From NCBI GenBank assembly GCA_951406725.2, contig OX597821.1:37634001-37698000 (forward strand): 64,000 nt of DNA, written 5' to 3'. A model generated the notes under the pieces. It ran no database searches. It saw nothing but the letters and a program-made list of their open reading frames with translations, and was not told the DNA's origin. Origin of the DNA: Octopus vulgaris. Its lineage: Eukaryota. The first letter of the stretch is position 1. Each line of letters begins with the position of its first letter. Below are positions 28,371 to 44,267 of the stretch, in pieces. Both the position numbers and the translations under genes were made by a program.

Positions 28371-28708
28371 ACCACAAACACAAAGCCACCACCATCACCA
28401 TCATGCACAGATATCCTTGGTTTTCCTGACGAAGGGAACATGAGTAGATCACTTAGAATTAACAATCAAAGCATTAATACTGTGTGTGAACTGTTTTATT
28501 AAAATAGTGTGTCCAACAAAAGGCATTTTGTTGGAGTCACCATTTTACATTTTACAAAAAAAAAAAGCTGAAAATTACAATTGACGGTGAAGTACTCAAT
28601 ACCATACAATAGTGCGGAAGTATTTCTATGTTCAGTTGATGGCATTTACAAGACTAGTCTTGTTTCTTTAAAATTTTGAACTCAATTGAGTGGCAGTTAA
28701 TACGAATG

Positions 28709-28712
<4 letters not shown>

Positions 28713-28775
<63 letters not shown>

Positions 28776-28840
28776 TCACTCACTCACTCACTCACTCACT
28801 CACTCACTCACTCACTCACTCACTCACTCACTCACTCACA
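28713..28840. repeat. Compound (CA)n-(CACT)n
   Basis: Directly visible. Confidence 0.95.
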
Positions 28841-29163
28841 CGCACAAATACACACACATGTATATGTGTGTATACGTATGTATATATGCATGTGTGTGTG
28901 TATACATGTACATACGCACACACGTATTATGATCATGAACTCAATAAACTACGTGTCTTGAATTGCAATTAAAACTTACAGCGATTTGTGTGTGGCGAAA
29001 TATATAAAGGTCAGAAAGAGAACCTTAAAAGTTCTTTACAAGTGAAACCTGCAGAATTTTTGGTTTTCTTTTGTATCAAAGCTCACCATCAGCCGACAGC
29101 AAACGAATGATTGTTCTGTTGGAAGCTTGCTGTCATTGTTGCCATTGTTTCCAATTTGTTGTG

Positions 29164-30093
<930 letters not shown>

Positions 30094-30254
30094 TTTAAAT
30101 TTTAGTGCCAGATGTATTTCAGAATATTAACTTCCTCATATTCCAGCAGAATTTAAATATGTTGGGTTTATCCGAAACGGTTTAATTTTTAGATAACAGA
30201 TATTATGGGAGTTATTGTAACGTTTATTATTATTACGAAATAATCTAATCTTAG

Positions 30255-30425
30255 TTTTGGTTCAAGGAACATCAGGTCTCAATACTTAATTGGAATTTTA
30301 ATTTATCGACTCTGAATGGATGAAAGATAAAAATTCCCTTGTAGGTATTTGAGCCCCGAATGTAAATAGCCCCAGCATGCATTGCAGTGTCCCGGTGCTT
30401 GAATGAATTTACCAATTCAGTACCC
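30255..30425 (-). mobile_element. SINE family B, old copy
   Basis: TTTATCGACTCTGAATGGATGAAAG...GTATTTGAGCCCCGAATGTAA, the reverse complement of family B motifs. Confidence 0.5.
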
Positions 30426-33400
30426 TTAATAAATAAATGCAGATATGTCATCCTATAGAGAGTATAACTATCAGAAAATGAGAAATGGACAAAGATTGAT
30501 AGTTTAAAAGGTTAACTCATTGGTGCATACGTTTCTTCTGTTATGGTAATATTTATGTATATTGTGTCATGGAACCATCATCCTATGAGATAGGATTTAA
30601 AATCTATTCCAGGCACATCATTCTGTTGCTAAACAAAGATTTCATCCTCCATTGCTTCATGTTTATCTCTTAGAAAGAAGTGACACACCTGCAGTTTTCC
30701 TTTCAAATAAATTTAACACCCAGTTTTCAAAATCTATTGTTTTCAAAACATACTATCATATGTCACTTAAATTATTATAGCAATTTATTACATTGTTCAG
30801 TTTCTTAGGGCTTTAGTGATTGAATGAAAGCTAGATTAATCGAAAATAGGTTTTGACTTGCCCTATCTTTCAGTATCCATTTTTGTCTGGCCAATTATAT
30901 TTGAAAATGTCGGCGTCGGCAATCAGCGAAGTGGAGAAAACAAACGAAAATAATTATCAGCTTTAAACAAACAAAATATTGTCAAGTCAAAACCAATTGA
31001 AAGAAGTCTTTGATTTAATTTTGGGCGTTAATTGTGTCTCCACGATAAAAGAAAATGTTAACATATGTATTAGACACAGTTAACTGAAATACGAAGTCCA
31101 TTATCTCCGACTCTTATTTGGTATTTGAAGTTTGGTGTTGTTATTTTTTATTTAAAAATTATAAATAAAACAATTACTTGGGGCATATTTTCTGTCAGCT
31201 GGTATTTTCTTTCAATTTTTAAAAATTCCAATTAAGAAATATTTAATTTTAATAATTTAAAGAACTTGAATAAAATCTATATATATAAAAATATTCTTCA
31301 TCACCGAGTTATTCTCGATGTTTTAATCTGCTACTACAAAATCCCTCCAGAATTAAATAATCTTTTTTTTTTATTCCTCATCCATATCTAGAATAGGGTA
31401 AAATAAGCCAGGTCTCTGATATCAGCAATGTCCTTATATAGTTTATAAAGTAGGAACAGAGAGAGCCTTGTAAAAAATCTGCATATTTACTTTTGTTCAG
31501 AATTAAAACATTTCAATTTCAAAAGATAATTTTAATAACATCCTCTAGATTGTGTTTTGACTCTTTTTCTACGCTCAGTTCATTGTTAAATAAACACCCC
31601 ATCGGTATGTACCCTTTCTGAGGAGGTGCCTTAAGTTTGTATGATAACCAAATTGCTTGGTTTTTCCATAACTAGTATTGTCATTCGGATATTATTTTCT
31701 GAAGGTTAATTAAAAGGTTTTCTGATAACCGAATCATATGAAATATGTTACATTTAGACTCAATGAACCAATTAGAATATGCAATATAGATATCCTTAAA
31801 AAATAATACGAATTATTAAGCAAAAAAATGCAAATTTCTCATAAATTCTGTGAGGCTTACGGCCGAATGCATAATTCAAGTTTATCTATACTGATAAATT
31901 TAAATGCTATAGTCTTTCCATCTTTGATAAAAGGCTGGTTTGCTTCTCAATTTAGTTTTTCTTCCGATATCAAAATGTACTGAAGCGTGTAGAGCTGTTT
32001 TGTCCAAACTTCGAAGAAACAGTTGAAGTAGATTTAAATAAATCTATCAAGTGTGTGTTCATTATTATATTCAATACATATTAGTACACTTCCATCCGAT
32101 CATTGCATTTGGAGGAACTTTGTATAATAACTTCTAACTTTAATCCTACTGACTATGGCGGCTACTCAAAAGTCAAATGAAGAACCATGTTCAAAGTACA
32201 TTGTGCATTGAGAATCTGTCACCAAATAAATGATAACCTGGAACCCTTAAAAAAGACAACCACAACATTATATCCTCCCAATGTGACAGTATTGGCTGCT
32301 TTGGTACCCACCCTGTCTCTCTGAAAATACTTTCTACTTTTCTTATCAGTTCATTTATCTACTTTTCTGCATGCCAATTTATATTTGGTAACAAGATAGA
32401 TATCTGCTCACACACCGTATGTTTATCTTTTGACTTATATGAATTGCTACCTTCTATCGGTTAGAATGTTTCTGCAGTATATAAAACATAGAGAATATGA
32501 ATATCAGTTCTGTAAAATTACGTCAGCACACAACAACAATTATTCATATCCAGATTAATGTTAGTCAAGTTTTTATAAGAAGTATTAACCACTTTAAAGG
32601 TTGTGTAATTAAATATGCTAATAGTTGCTGGGTTGTATACCAGACGTCTGAAAATTACATTAAACTTGTTCTCGTTTGTTGTTGCTAAAATGTAAATATA
32701 GAGTAAATGCTTAATCCCAGTTAACTGTTCAGCAACAATGGCGTTAGTTATACGAGTTACATGTCTAGAAAGCATCTAATGTTTGCACTAATACTAGATT
32801 TATGGGTCGGTTTTATGGCTAGACTTTCAAACAGTTTCAAATACACATTCTGTTGTGCATTATGAAATTACCATAAAGGCAACATCTCTAGAAGCAGATA
32901 AAGACCACAGTTGAACTCATTTTTCATTGATATAGATGTCATTTATATTGGCTTCTATCTGTATACGTAATTCTCTTTTCCATTCAAATAGTTTATGCTG
33001 TCCACTAGCCAGTATTCTGGTCACAGAAAATATTTGATGACAAAACATATTTCACTTATTATAAAACTTTTCCACAAATATAAATTAGCTGAAAAAGAAC
33101 TGCATCATTATTTGTCTGTCACAGCGGAAGTATTTGATTCCGCTGAAAGATATAATAGTAAATGGAAGTTTATCTAACAGCTGTTACAACGAAGAACTCT
33201 GACTTCATTAGAATATGAACAATGATGCTTAGTAAGTTTGTAAGTTTTGAATACTTATAAAATAACTGTCCTAAATTCCATTTTCGTGAAAGTGTTATTA
33301 CAAGAACCGGAAATATCAAGAGTATAGTAATGAATGAAGGTTGTCTAGTTAGGGGGTCACTCGCTTGATATAATAAAACTATTGTCTGTGATTGTATCCA

Positions 33401-34195
33401 AGATAAAACATATTTTGCCGACAAACGCTGCTTTGCGGTTCTTCTTTAATGGAATGTTTATATCAAATGTTCATTAATATTAATTGAGAGGATTTGTTCT
33501 ATGTCTGATTAGAAGAAGCAGGACCTATTTTTTTTTATTTAAAAATTTTCTTGGCGAGACTTTGTTCTTCATGCAGTTTGGATGACTGGACAGGAACACG
33601 TCACATCTCATCTTTACTTTAGCCTCTCTTGTAATGAAGTCATTAAATAGTACTTAGTCATCTTTAAGAAACTTCAGTCAATGATCTAGAAACTACTGGA
33701 TTATCTTACTCTATTACCAGTATTTATTTTATCATATTTGTAGATAGCGAGCGTGTCAGTCAGAAATCAAATTCCAATGTAGATAGCTTGGAATGATGTG
33801 CCGTTGAGACATGAGCTGACCTGGGCACCCCTACATTTAACCTCTCCCTTCAAAGATGGCGTCGAAATAGCAGCAAAATGAAATAACTTCCTGTGAACAG
33901 TGATTGAAGTTGACTGGAGCTTCAACGACTCACACTTGATTTATAAGAAACTGTTGGATAATACTCACTGACGGCTTGACCCAAGCTAAGGTTAGGAGTC
34001 AGGAAATTAGAATTAAGCTGTGCTTCAGCTGTAATTTATCGGTTTTTCTTTTGCTTCCATTGACTGTGAAGGTTCTAACAGTTGGTAAGATAAAAAGGAA
34101 ATTCTTAGGAAAATCTGAAAGCATCTGAGAAATCATGTATTCTTGTATTTCTTTGCATATAAAGAGAACACATATTATTATATGAACTGTTGGGA

Positions 34196-34227
<32 letters not shown>

Positions 34228-34701
34228 CTGGAACAAAAAACAACCAAAAAGAAAACACGAGCAGTAGCAAGATGTAATGGTGTTAAGAGAATGATGCTGT
34301 TTAAAGCGATTCCTATCCAATTATATCAACGGAATCGGTAAATAACCGACAGCGACTGTCTCTCATTAGAGCTTCGATTATTTATTTTCATTGATTTATT
34401 GATTGGCCTACTGATAATTATTAATTAAATATCCTCTTTTTATCTTATTGACACTCACGAGATAAAAAAAAAAGTATTGGCAAAAATATTAAGACTGGAA
34501 AGAAGTAGTTTTTCCAAGCAAATACGAGTGATTTGTGTGTGTGTGTGTGTCTGTGTGCGTGTGTGTGCGCGCGCACATGTTTATCTGGGGATTTGAGATT
34601 TTCTTTTTACAGTCGACTAAGGATGGTAAACATAGGTTGAATATTTTCATTTCAAAGTAAAAGAGAAAGATAGATAGATAAATAGAGATAGAGGTAGAGA
34701 G

Positions 34702-34737
<36 letters not shown>

Positions 34738-36135
34738 AATGTAGTGACGGAGAAAATTAGAAATTGTATATCAGATGATCTGTATTTTATCAGTTTTAGA
34801 AAATTTAATAATTAGACACACTGGATTTTAATTGGAAAGCTTGTTAAATAAAATATGGGAAAAGTGTTCGTAGTTTGAAAAGAATGTGATTCTTGTTTCA
34901 AAAGCAACAAGGAGTATAACATTTTGTGCGAGTATATTTTGATTTAACCAAAATGCTTTATAGTTTCTTCAATGACAAATTTGTAATTTGTATACACCAT
35001 TTATTAAAGTATTAAAATTAAATGAAATAATTGACTAATGGTCGGATAATATTGTCGTTTCCAGTAATCTTTACTTAGTCCTGTAGATTATTGATTATTA
35101 AGGCTAAAGTCGTGGATATTCTTTCTCTTCAATGCTGTAGAAATTTTATTTCCCCATGGCCGATAAAAACATGCACAGCGAGCATAAGGGTTCAGTTCCC
35201 TTTACGTGTAGTTTCAGAAGAGGAGATTAATATTTTCTTAGTTTCTTCGACATCTCGATTCTTAGTTTGATTCGTTGGGGGTCTTACTATACGATGTTAT
35301 GAAATATTCAGTGTGAGGCACACTGCCGAGAGTAATTTCAGTTTAGAGAGTTTGCTATTGTAATTAATTGTGCACTGATTTCAATAGCAAAGGTTTGGAA
35401 TTTGTATCGCATCGTTTAATAACTCTTTATAGCTTAACTGGAAAAAAGGACAGATTAAGCAACTTCACTTTGCGATTTGAGTCGTAGTTTTTCGTCTGAA
35501 GAGAAATTGGTCCAGCCTAGGCTGAATCGGCGCATCACATGAAGCTTGTCCTGATTCAGCGACTTATCATCCGATATTTCGCTCTAATCATTGACAAAAA
35601 GAGAACCGATTTTGTGGATGGTGACAGAAATAACCCTAAATTGTTATAGTCGGGGTATTTACAATATTGAAATACAATCCTCCTCTGTAAACGGATACTA
35701 AATGACATGTTAATATCATTTAAGGTTACACGTTAATATTTAGTATTGTTTCTGACTCTTATTGATAAGATTTGCTTTTCTAAAAAATATAAATCTTTAC
35801 ATTTGACTTTCAGAATAATTATCGTATTTTACATACTATATTCTGGTTGCATAATTTACTCTGTCTTCCCCCACCAATGTTCTTGCCAATGGTCTATTTC
35901 TCTGACCCATGATTTAACCATTTGTTTCACCACCCCCAGTTTATAAACCGTGTTCATCTCTCACCATATCTACTGCCCAGTCAATATCCAAGACCTTTGC
36001 TGTCCATATTTGGGGAGATATTTTTCAATTTCATAAAAGATAATAGGCGTTACCCTCTTTAATTGCTCTATTTAAATAATCTTACAGAATATTTATAAAA
36101 CATTTTAACATTTAATTCTTGATCCTTAGACGCAG

Positions 36136-36203
<68 letters not shown>

Positions 36204-36578
36204 ATACACACACACACACACACACACGAATACACACACAAATACACAGTTGATCAGCTAACACCATTCGTATGAAACATAGGCACCACTTCCTCACGGT
36301 ATGCTAAAAACTTTGAATAAAAAAAGAGCATCAAGATACACCACATCCCCACACATTTAATTTCTAAAACAAAATACTTGTACTAATATCATCACACTCG
36401 TAAATAGAGATCATATCCATCTATCGTAATATACATTATTCGTTTATAAAACTGTATGACTTCTAAATATCATGCGAGGCAAATACTGCCATTGAAATTT
36501 TCAGCTGTCACAAATGAATTTGCTTACATGAACTCGTATACTTCAATATAGTTGATACCTTTATGTTTAAATATTTAA

Positions 36579-36801
36579 CCCATTAAGTCCCAGAGTACTT
36601 AAATTTCTGAATATCACTTTTAAATTTTTACGGATGATTGAAAATAGGTTAAAATGAAAAGAATAATTATTAAAACTCCTTTACTTCAAGTAGAAATGGG
36701 AATACTCGGTGTCCTATAAATAGGACACTGAGACAATGTGATATAGCTTATTTAATGTTCCCATTTAGTGTCCTGTTTATAGGACAGTGGGACTTAATGG
36801 G
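36579..36801. mobile_element. piggyBac-type MITE
   Basis: TTAA on both sides. Perfect 14-bp TIR CCCATTAAGTCCCA / TGGGACTTAATGGG. Subterminal palindromes GTGTCCTATAAATAGGACAC and GTGTCCTGTTTATAGGACA. Confidence 0.9.
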
Positions 36802-37842
36802 TTAAGAACAGAAAGTTAATGAAATATAGTTAGATATACCAGTAATGCATGTGGAATTTTCCCTGTAGCAGAATAAATGTGATATAATCTTAAAAAAAAA
36901 AACAGGATTTAAGTAGAGATTTATTCTAAACAATATGAAAACACTAACTTCTTCAGAGAATCTGACGAATTCCATTCTGAACTCATTCCCAATATTTTCA
37001 GTTTCCGTGGAAATGATTAAAAAATATGGGGAATGAAGTTAGAAATTTACAAAGACCAGCACTTAACATTGAGATTGTTATTTTTCAAAAGTCATTGTGC
37101 TTTTGTTTTCGAACCTATACAAGGAAAAACAATCTGGGACGAATCACAATGGAGCCAAATGAAGCTTCTTTATTGAGTAATATTAGAACACTGGAAAGAA
37201 ACGTCTGTAGAGTTTGAATTGTTTTGAAACAGGTGTTGGTAGCTGTCAAGGTTGTGGCGTTATCCAGGATCTCTGACAGTTATTCTAGGTTATTAAATGA
37301 GATAGCTTATTTACATTGTAGTCTGTTTACTTTGTTGAGTTACTAATTGTTTCTGGTCGCTCAATAAACAAATATTACTAAATCAATATGAAAAGTTAAA
37401 AGCAATTTTTTTTTGTGGCAGCCTTAATATCTTGAGAAGAAAGAAATGAACACAAAACTGATTTACCTATGTACACGATAAACGATTTTGTCATTTTTGT
37501 CAACGATTTTTTACAGGGAAGTAATTAAGAAATTAATTAGTATTTGATAACTAATTATCGTCATAATGGTATTTGGAATGTAATTATCCTGATAATGTTG
37601 TCAAACATGAAAGTGAATGAAAGACAACACGAGGATTAGATTTACAAAGGATAATTACATGATGTCGAAAGGAAGTATTGGCGCTCAGAGATGGTGAAAA
37701 TATCCTGATTAATGGAAGATAAACCAGAACATTGGAATGGCGGCTTCATGTGTTGTAATTCTGTTAATGGTGTTGAGTGAGATTTATGTTAATTACTGAC
37801 ATGTGACAGATTTCTGTTTCTCTGTGCCTGTATGACTCTCAG

Positions 37843-37900
<58 letters not shown>

Positions 37901-38722
37901 CTGGTGCAGTAATAAATTTCTGTGGGTTATAAATTTGATATTCTTACCAGGTGAAATATGATCAAAGACTTTCCAGCCTTGACTACACCTCTTATTTAGA
38001 AATATTTAGTCCATGGCTGCAATGTTATGTGTCCTTTCTTATTAAGTCAGTTAAGTGTGACTTTTGGGCGATTTGGTTACTATTTCTTGCAGGAGTAGCG
38101 ACTGCATTTGTTGATTCGAATAAAATACCCGCTATATACTGAGGTTGAATCGATCCATAATGTTTTCCCTTTGAATATTTGACGCAGTTTCAATGCTAGG
38201 AATTATTATTTGAGCTTCTAACTGAATCAGTAAAGTATTGTGCCCATTGAATCAATTCCAAAAAGCCTACCTTTAAACAGTAGCAGTGATAGGTCTTTTA
38301 TTACTCACGTTTTCCAGCCTTTCTTCTATTTTCTCGCCATTCCACTCGATCACGCTTTTACTTAACTCTTCACTAAACAACATCTTTCTACTGTTGATAT
38401 TTCAACTGCACACCGTTTCTATTCTATTCCAACTACCTTACTTCCACAACTACCTTCTGCTTTCATATTTCCATCCCTGCCACAATTTTATTTTATTATT
38501 TTCCTCTCAAATTATTAATATTCCTCTATGGTATTCTCAATTTTTCTCTTCACTAATTTCGTATCAAATTTAAGTATCTCTTTTGCAAGCTGGCTCCTTC
38601 CAGCCATCTTGTTTTCATCTTTTCCTCTCTCATTTATTTTTAGTTTGCCTTTTCCTACCATTAGAGTCACATTCTTTTTATATCAATAGCTTTTTGTCTC
38701 TTTCAGAATACATACACGCACG

Positions 38723-38778
<56 letters not shown>

Positions 38779-38925
38779 CCGCTGTTAACTGCCTCTGAAA
38801 ATTCCATCTATATAGATTGACTTCACAACTATTTCTATTCTTTAGATCAGTTTATTTAATTCTGCACACACACACACGCTAACCATACACCCTCCACAAA
38901 CACACTCTATCTATCTATCTATCTG

Positions 38926-38990
<65 letters not shown>

Positions 38991-39949
38991 GCTACAAACT
39001 CCCGCATTTTAGTCTCTTTTCTCTCTTTCTCTCCTTCTCCTTTTCTCTCTTGTTTATCTAACCACCTTTCTCCGACTCACTCAGTTTACCTAGCACCTAT
39101 CTTTTACTCTGAAATTTCTTCCCCCCTCCATCACTGTCACTATTTTGCCATCTCCCTCTTCTGTACGTCCCCCACATTGCAATCTTTTTATTCGCCATTC
39201 CCTTTCAATATTGTTTTACTCACTCTGTCTCATTTTTCCATTCTCACTCAACTCGTCGCTGCACCAAATATACATATTTATTTCTTTATCTAACCACACT
39301 TTCTATTATTGCATGAACACAGCTTTCTCTCTCTCTCTATCACACACACACACACACATACACACATATACACACACACGCACTCTCTCTTTCTCTAATA
39401 TTATGTCATCTCAGATCTCTTCACATCTGATATATTTGATTGATCTGTTTTGATGTATTGCTTTTATGCATGTTTGATACATGTAAGCTCACGCGATTCA
39501 ACGTTCTTTTCATAATAAAATATTGTCATACGGACAAACATGGATTGAGTATTCGGTTCCTTTTTCGTTGCTAGGCAAAGTTAAACATAAAATCTTAAGA
39601 AAAAAAAAAGAGCTACACAGTAATAGGTATATTTATAAACTTGATCAGTTGAGATTTTGCTGGTCGATATTTTATGAGAAAAGTTAGACGGGGAAAAGCA
39701 GCTCTGGCATGGAAAATTGGATTAAAAGTGTATATATATATAAATACACACACACACATGTGGAGTAAGGGGAAAAATACAATAAGGACGTCGATCGAAA
39801 CTTTCGGTGTAGGGTGATACAGTTGGCCATTTTATAAGCCAGAGTACAGGGTCGATAGACTCGACCTTAGAATTTCTAGGACTTTCCTTCAGCTCCGAAA
39901 ATGAAACGCACATTCTGAGTTCAGATCTGTCCTGATTAACGATGTCTTT

Positions 39950-40460
39950 AGCCTGAAATTTACAAGTACCGTCATTTGTACCGTCAGGTAGTGCAAGATT
40001 GGTATTGCGTTCAGTTTAATTATGTCTCCCAGGGACCACAACTTGTGGTCTAAGATGAAGAACATTTTCTCCCTTCTGTAGAAATTTTTCATCTACTTCT
40101 CACATCTGTTCATAAATACTTGCTGAAACTAATAAGCAGAATGACTCTACTACATCCACTCACAGATTCAGATCGAGTCGTTCAGGCTTTGTTGTCAGAT
40201 TTTTCATGTCCTTGTTCTCGTGGTCCCTAAAATATTAAACTACAGTTTCATGACCTTGTTAACTTCTCTGTTCTATCACGTGATGATTTCATTCTTCAAG
40301 ATAGGGTAATACACTTCTTTTTATTCTTCTTTTCCTTTTACTCTGGTATCAGAACGAAATGTCATACCAGTTACAATGTATGTCATCATTTCATCGCTTT
40401 CATCTTGCATTTCTCTTCCTACAAGATGGTTATAATTTTTTCTGTGCCTACAAAATTCTA
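39950..40460 (-). mobile_element. Possible very decayed LINE RT remnant
   Basis: Faint TG.T.LIP, Y.PI and KA.DS echoes across frameshifts. Confidence 0.25.
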
Positions 40461-40983
40461 GTGAATTATTACAGTAATCTTGCCACACTTGGCCGTTTTG
40501 TATTCATTTTGAGCTTATTGTTGACATTCTGAGACATTCTGATAAAATGTGAACTATGGTTCTATATGGATTCTCGCTCCCTACATTCGAATAAGCAGAT
40601 CTGCTGATCTATCATACCTGGGCTCCAATTTACAATTTAGTCCTTTTCCCTCCATGGAATTTTGAAGGAAAGTAAATTTTACTCAGTGCTATTCAGAAAT
40701 AAGAAGAGATATGAAGTGATAAGGTCAACTGATTATGGCTAAAGAAAAAGATACTGAAGATATATATATATATATATACTTTATTTACTTTCCTTCAAAA
40801 TTCCATTTGTTCTTTTCCACATTTCTTTGTTTTCTCTTTTTGGGTCCACTATTTCACTATACCGTCTCCCACTTACATAGAAACCTAGACTTATCCCCTC
40901 TAGTTCTATTACCTCATCGACGCTTATTAACCCTAATTTTCCTGACAAAGCGCATACCCTTATTTCCTGCCGTTTATATCCCA

Positions 40984-41185
40984 CTGGGAAACTGGAAGAA
41001 TCGTTAGAGCACCGAAAAAATGCTTTGTGGAATTTGTTTTGGCTCTCCAGGTTTCTGAGTTCAAATCTCACCGAGATTAAGTGTGCCTTTCATCCCTTTT
41101 GGGGTCGATAAAATAAAGTACCAGTCGAGTACTGGGTTCAATGGTATCTCTTCCACTAAAAAACGTCTCGTCTTTATAACCTCTC
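40984..41185 (+). mobile_element. SINE family B, diverged
   Basis: GAATCGTTAGAGCACC...GCCTTTCATCCCTTTTGGGGTCGATAAAATAAAGTACCAG. Confidence 0.8.
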
Positions 41186-42214
41186 AGAAGTTGGAAGGTT
41201 GTGGCAGAAATGGTTAGGGTAAATGGAGCTACCCCGAGTATGAACCTATAGATTGGACAACAACAGTTGGGTGAAGGCTTGTACCTTGGCGATCTGCGTG
41301 ATCGTGACCGAACCAAGTTGGAGACTCTCCTCTATCAGTAGGATGGCATCATGCAAGTCCGCACACATTTTGCAAACGATAATTTTTTTATTGCAATTCT
41401 TCCTCCTCTACCTTCCCCCCTCATCTTTTCATGTAAATCTGCACACATTATAAACTGTCATTGTTATATTCTCTTATCTGATGTCCCTGTGGCAAATAAA
41501 AGACATCATCATTATTATCATTATTTAAAACTGTTTTGTGGATGCGTGCTTGCATGTGTGTCGTTTTATGAGTGTAAATTCCATTCCTATATCAATTATA
41601 TGTCGGTAAATGTGACTGCAATTAAAAAAAATAGTTTCAACAAGAAGAAAAATTGCCTCTCCATTACTGCTTAGAACGTTGTTTGTACGAAGCACACTTA
41701 ATCCTGTTTGGTGACATTTGTTGGTTTATTATGATACACAGCCAACTGGGTGTTTAGCAGTTTTGAAAAACATCAACAATGACAACTCTAGAAAGTAGTG
41801 ACAAGTTGGAAAATGTAGACGAGATGTGATGGTGTGTTAGTTAAGTAGACACTGACATTTTCATACCGATGTTATGCCTTAACATTTCAGAGACAAGGAA
41901 GATTATCTAAAAAAATTTTATTCTATGTATTTTTTTTTCTTTTTCAATTTGACCAGAATATTGAAGAGTCGTTAATGACTGAATCGATAGAATGGAGGAC
42001 AAGATGTCAACTGATGTTCTCTCACTAGCAATCGGTTGTAACTATGAGCAACTACAGCAGACTATTCAATATTAAAAGCACAAAACAAATCAATGTATAG
42101 TGACTGAGAGAGAAGAGCCAAAACTAGTTGATATATTGTTCTATATTTAAGAGATGAGGAATTATGTACATTGTTTACATTTGACGGATATTTGTTCTCA
42201 TCTTGTTTGTTGTG

Positions 42215-42260
42215 AACACAACGTTTCGGCTGATATACCCTCCAGCCTTCAACAGGTGCC
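42215..42260 (-). ncRNA. Degenerate PLE-type minimal hammerhead
   Basis: GGCAC-CUGUUGA-A-GGCUG...CAGCC-GAAAC-GUU-GUGUU. One core substitution (CUGUUGA for CUGANGA). Confidence 0.65.
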
Positions 42261-42397
42261 TTGGGGGAAATTTTAAACCTAAGGTATTTTTCGATTGTTG
42301 TTGCTTGGAATCGAACTCAGAATCTTGGGGTTAGCAGCCCACGTTCGTAACCACTATGCCATATGCCCGTAGGCAAATATGGAGTGAATTTTAGGGC

Positions 42398-42740
42398 TTA
42401 CGAATCTAATATTCTCCTATCCTTCCTTAATACCAGTTCCCATATGCTGTTTATATCTGCACTCGGTCTGCTTAGGAGGTTGTTGTGTCCTAGCATATGT
42501 GCTGCTTCTTTTAGTATTCGTATTTTCCAGTAGTAGTCTCTGTCTATTAATTTAACTTCATCTCACAGGGGGAGGTGGTCTCCATTTTTCCATACATGAT
42601 AGCTATACTCAGTTTATCAATATCTCCTCATGTCACAACTTTGCGATGTTCGTCTACACTTATTTTGAAGGGCCAACATGTTTCGCCTTTGTATAGCCTA
42701 CCACAGCTGCATGGATGGAGTAGACGCAGTCTTTGGTCAT
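42398..42740 (-). pseudogene. Penelope GIY-YIG endonuclease pseudogene fragment
   Basis: Manual translation across frameshifts: MTKDCVYSI/CSCGRLYKGETCWPFKISVDEHRK...VWKNGDHLPL.DEVKLIDRDYYWKIRILKEAAHMLGHNNLLSRPS. This matches the PLE VY.I.C..C...Y.GET...R..EH...EA pattern. Confidence 0.85.
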
Positions 42741-43307
42741 AGAAGAGAATTAATTAGTTCGATAATAGAAAGTCAGTTGTACGTCATTGTTGGTGGTCTC
42801 CATTGTTATATTGATACCTATGACCTTGACTGTGTATATAAACACAGACACACATCCATACATACTGCTTGTGTCCCACGGCCGACTTTCGACCTGTTCA
42901 TTGCAAAATGTATTTTTAACCCAATATTTTCACGCTATTGATGGCTTTATGTACTTCGAATGAAACCGGTCATATCTTCGAAACACGCTGGAGTTGAACT
43001 AGGGACAGCTGATGAAGGGGATTTTTCCTTGTGTTGTTCGTCTTGTACTCTGTCTTTTCGTTGTTAAAAAAAGGTCCGTTCCATGCTTGTTTTTACGTTT
43101 TCGTTTCTCGTTGAGTTCTACGTCTATTTGTGGTGTCCTGTACTCACGTATATATATATTTATATATGCATGTATATATACATGTAGATGTAGGTACGTA
43201 CATATATGTATGTATGTATGCATATATTTTATTTATTACACTATTGTATGACTGAGCGCCCTCGCGTCGATTCGATTCGTTTCGTTTCGTTTCTTCTTCT
43301 CCAAGTA

Positions 43308-43340
<33 letters not shown>

Positions 43341-44267
43341 CGATTGTGTATGTGTGTATGTGCGTGCGTGTATCTGTGTGAGTGCGTTTGTTTGTGTGTA
43401 TGTGTGTGTGTGCACGCGTGCGTGTATGCGTTCCTAAATCCCGCAAATCTTTGCGCTCCGCTGTTTCTGTCGCTTCAGCCACATCACAAGTATCACTGCT
43501 CCACTACTAATAAAATTGCTTTAAAACACACAATCCAATTTCTGTTAGGCGAAGACTTCATTGAAAAGTACTCCGAGTGCTTAGGGACCGCACAGAAATG
43601 AGAAATGATGAACTCAATACGTTAAATCATTTAATCATCTATCATTTATTGACTTGGTTATCTGTCGAATATCAACCGTATATCATAGTTAATGGCGGCG
43701 ATGATAGGAGTGATGGGAGTTGCGATTAATTACTATGATTATTATGGGAAGGTGCAGATCGTTGCGCTGATTATTCTGTTTGTAGGGAAGATAGTGCTAA
43801 TGATCTACCATTCTGATTGACTTGATGACTGAGATAGAAATGTCAGTAACATTATTTACGACGTTTGCTTAGCACTTTAATGAAGAGCTTAAAATATGTT
43901 AAAATAGAATTAAATGACAGGAAAACAGCATTTTGAAAAATATTTTAGCACGAATTCTATAATTGATTGATTGATTGACAAGACTGAAAATATTTGGATA
44001 AAAATCAAAACAACTGAAATACGATACGGCTATCCGACAAAGGAAGAACATCTTTTATTTCACAGTTATACGATAGGGTTTATGTAAAATTCACAAGACT
44101 TTTTACGATTTACAAATATTCTGAATGAATTGTGATTTAATGATTATTGTGAAAAAAAATCCTTCAAAATTCCCCATTGAAGCTGATCTTCAGGGAGGAA
44201 TGCTGAAATATACGCATAACTTGGGGGATGAATAACTCTGATGTCTCTAATTAATTTCATTTCTTTC

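Larger units (their letters stand above)
42130..42740 (-). mobile_element. Penelope-like element 3' relic (GIY-YIG C-terminus, tRNA-like segment, hammerhead)
   Basis: Minus-strand order: frameshifted GIY-YIG coding sequence, tRNA-like A/B boxes, then a degenerate hammerhead. Confidence 0.8.

Noticed and set aside
42960-43025. GAAAC...CTGATGA as a permuted hammerhead
   Set aside because: No NUH triplet with helices I and III could be built; probably another interspersed repeat.
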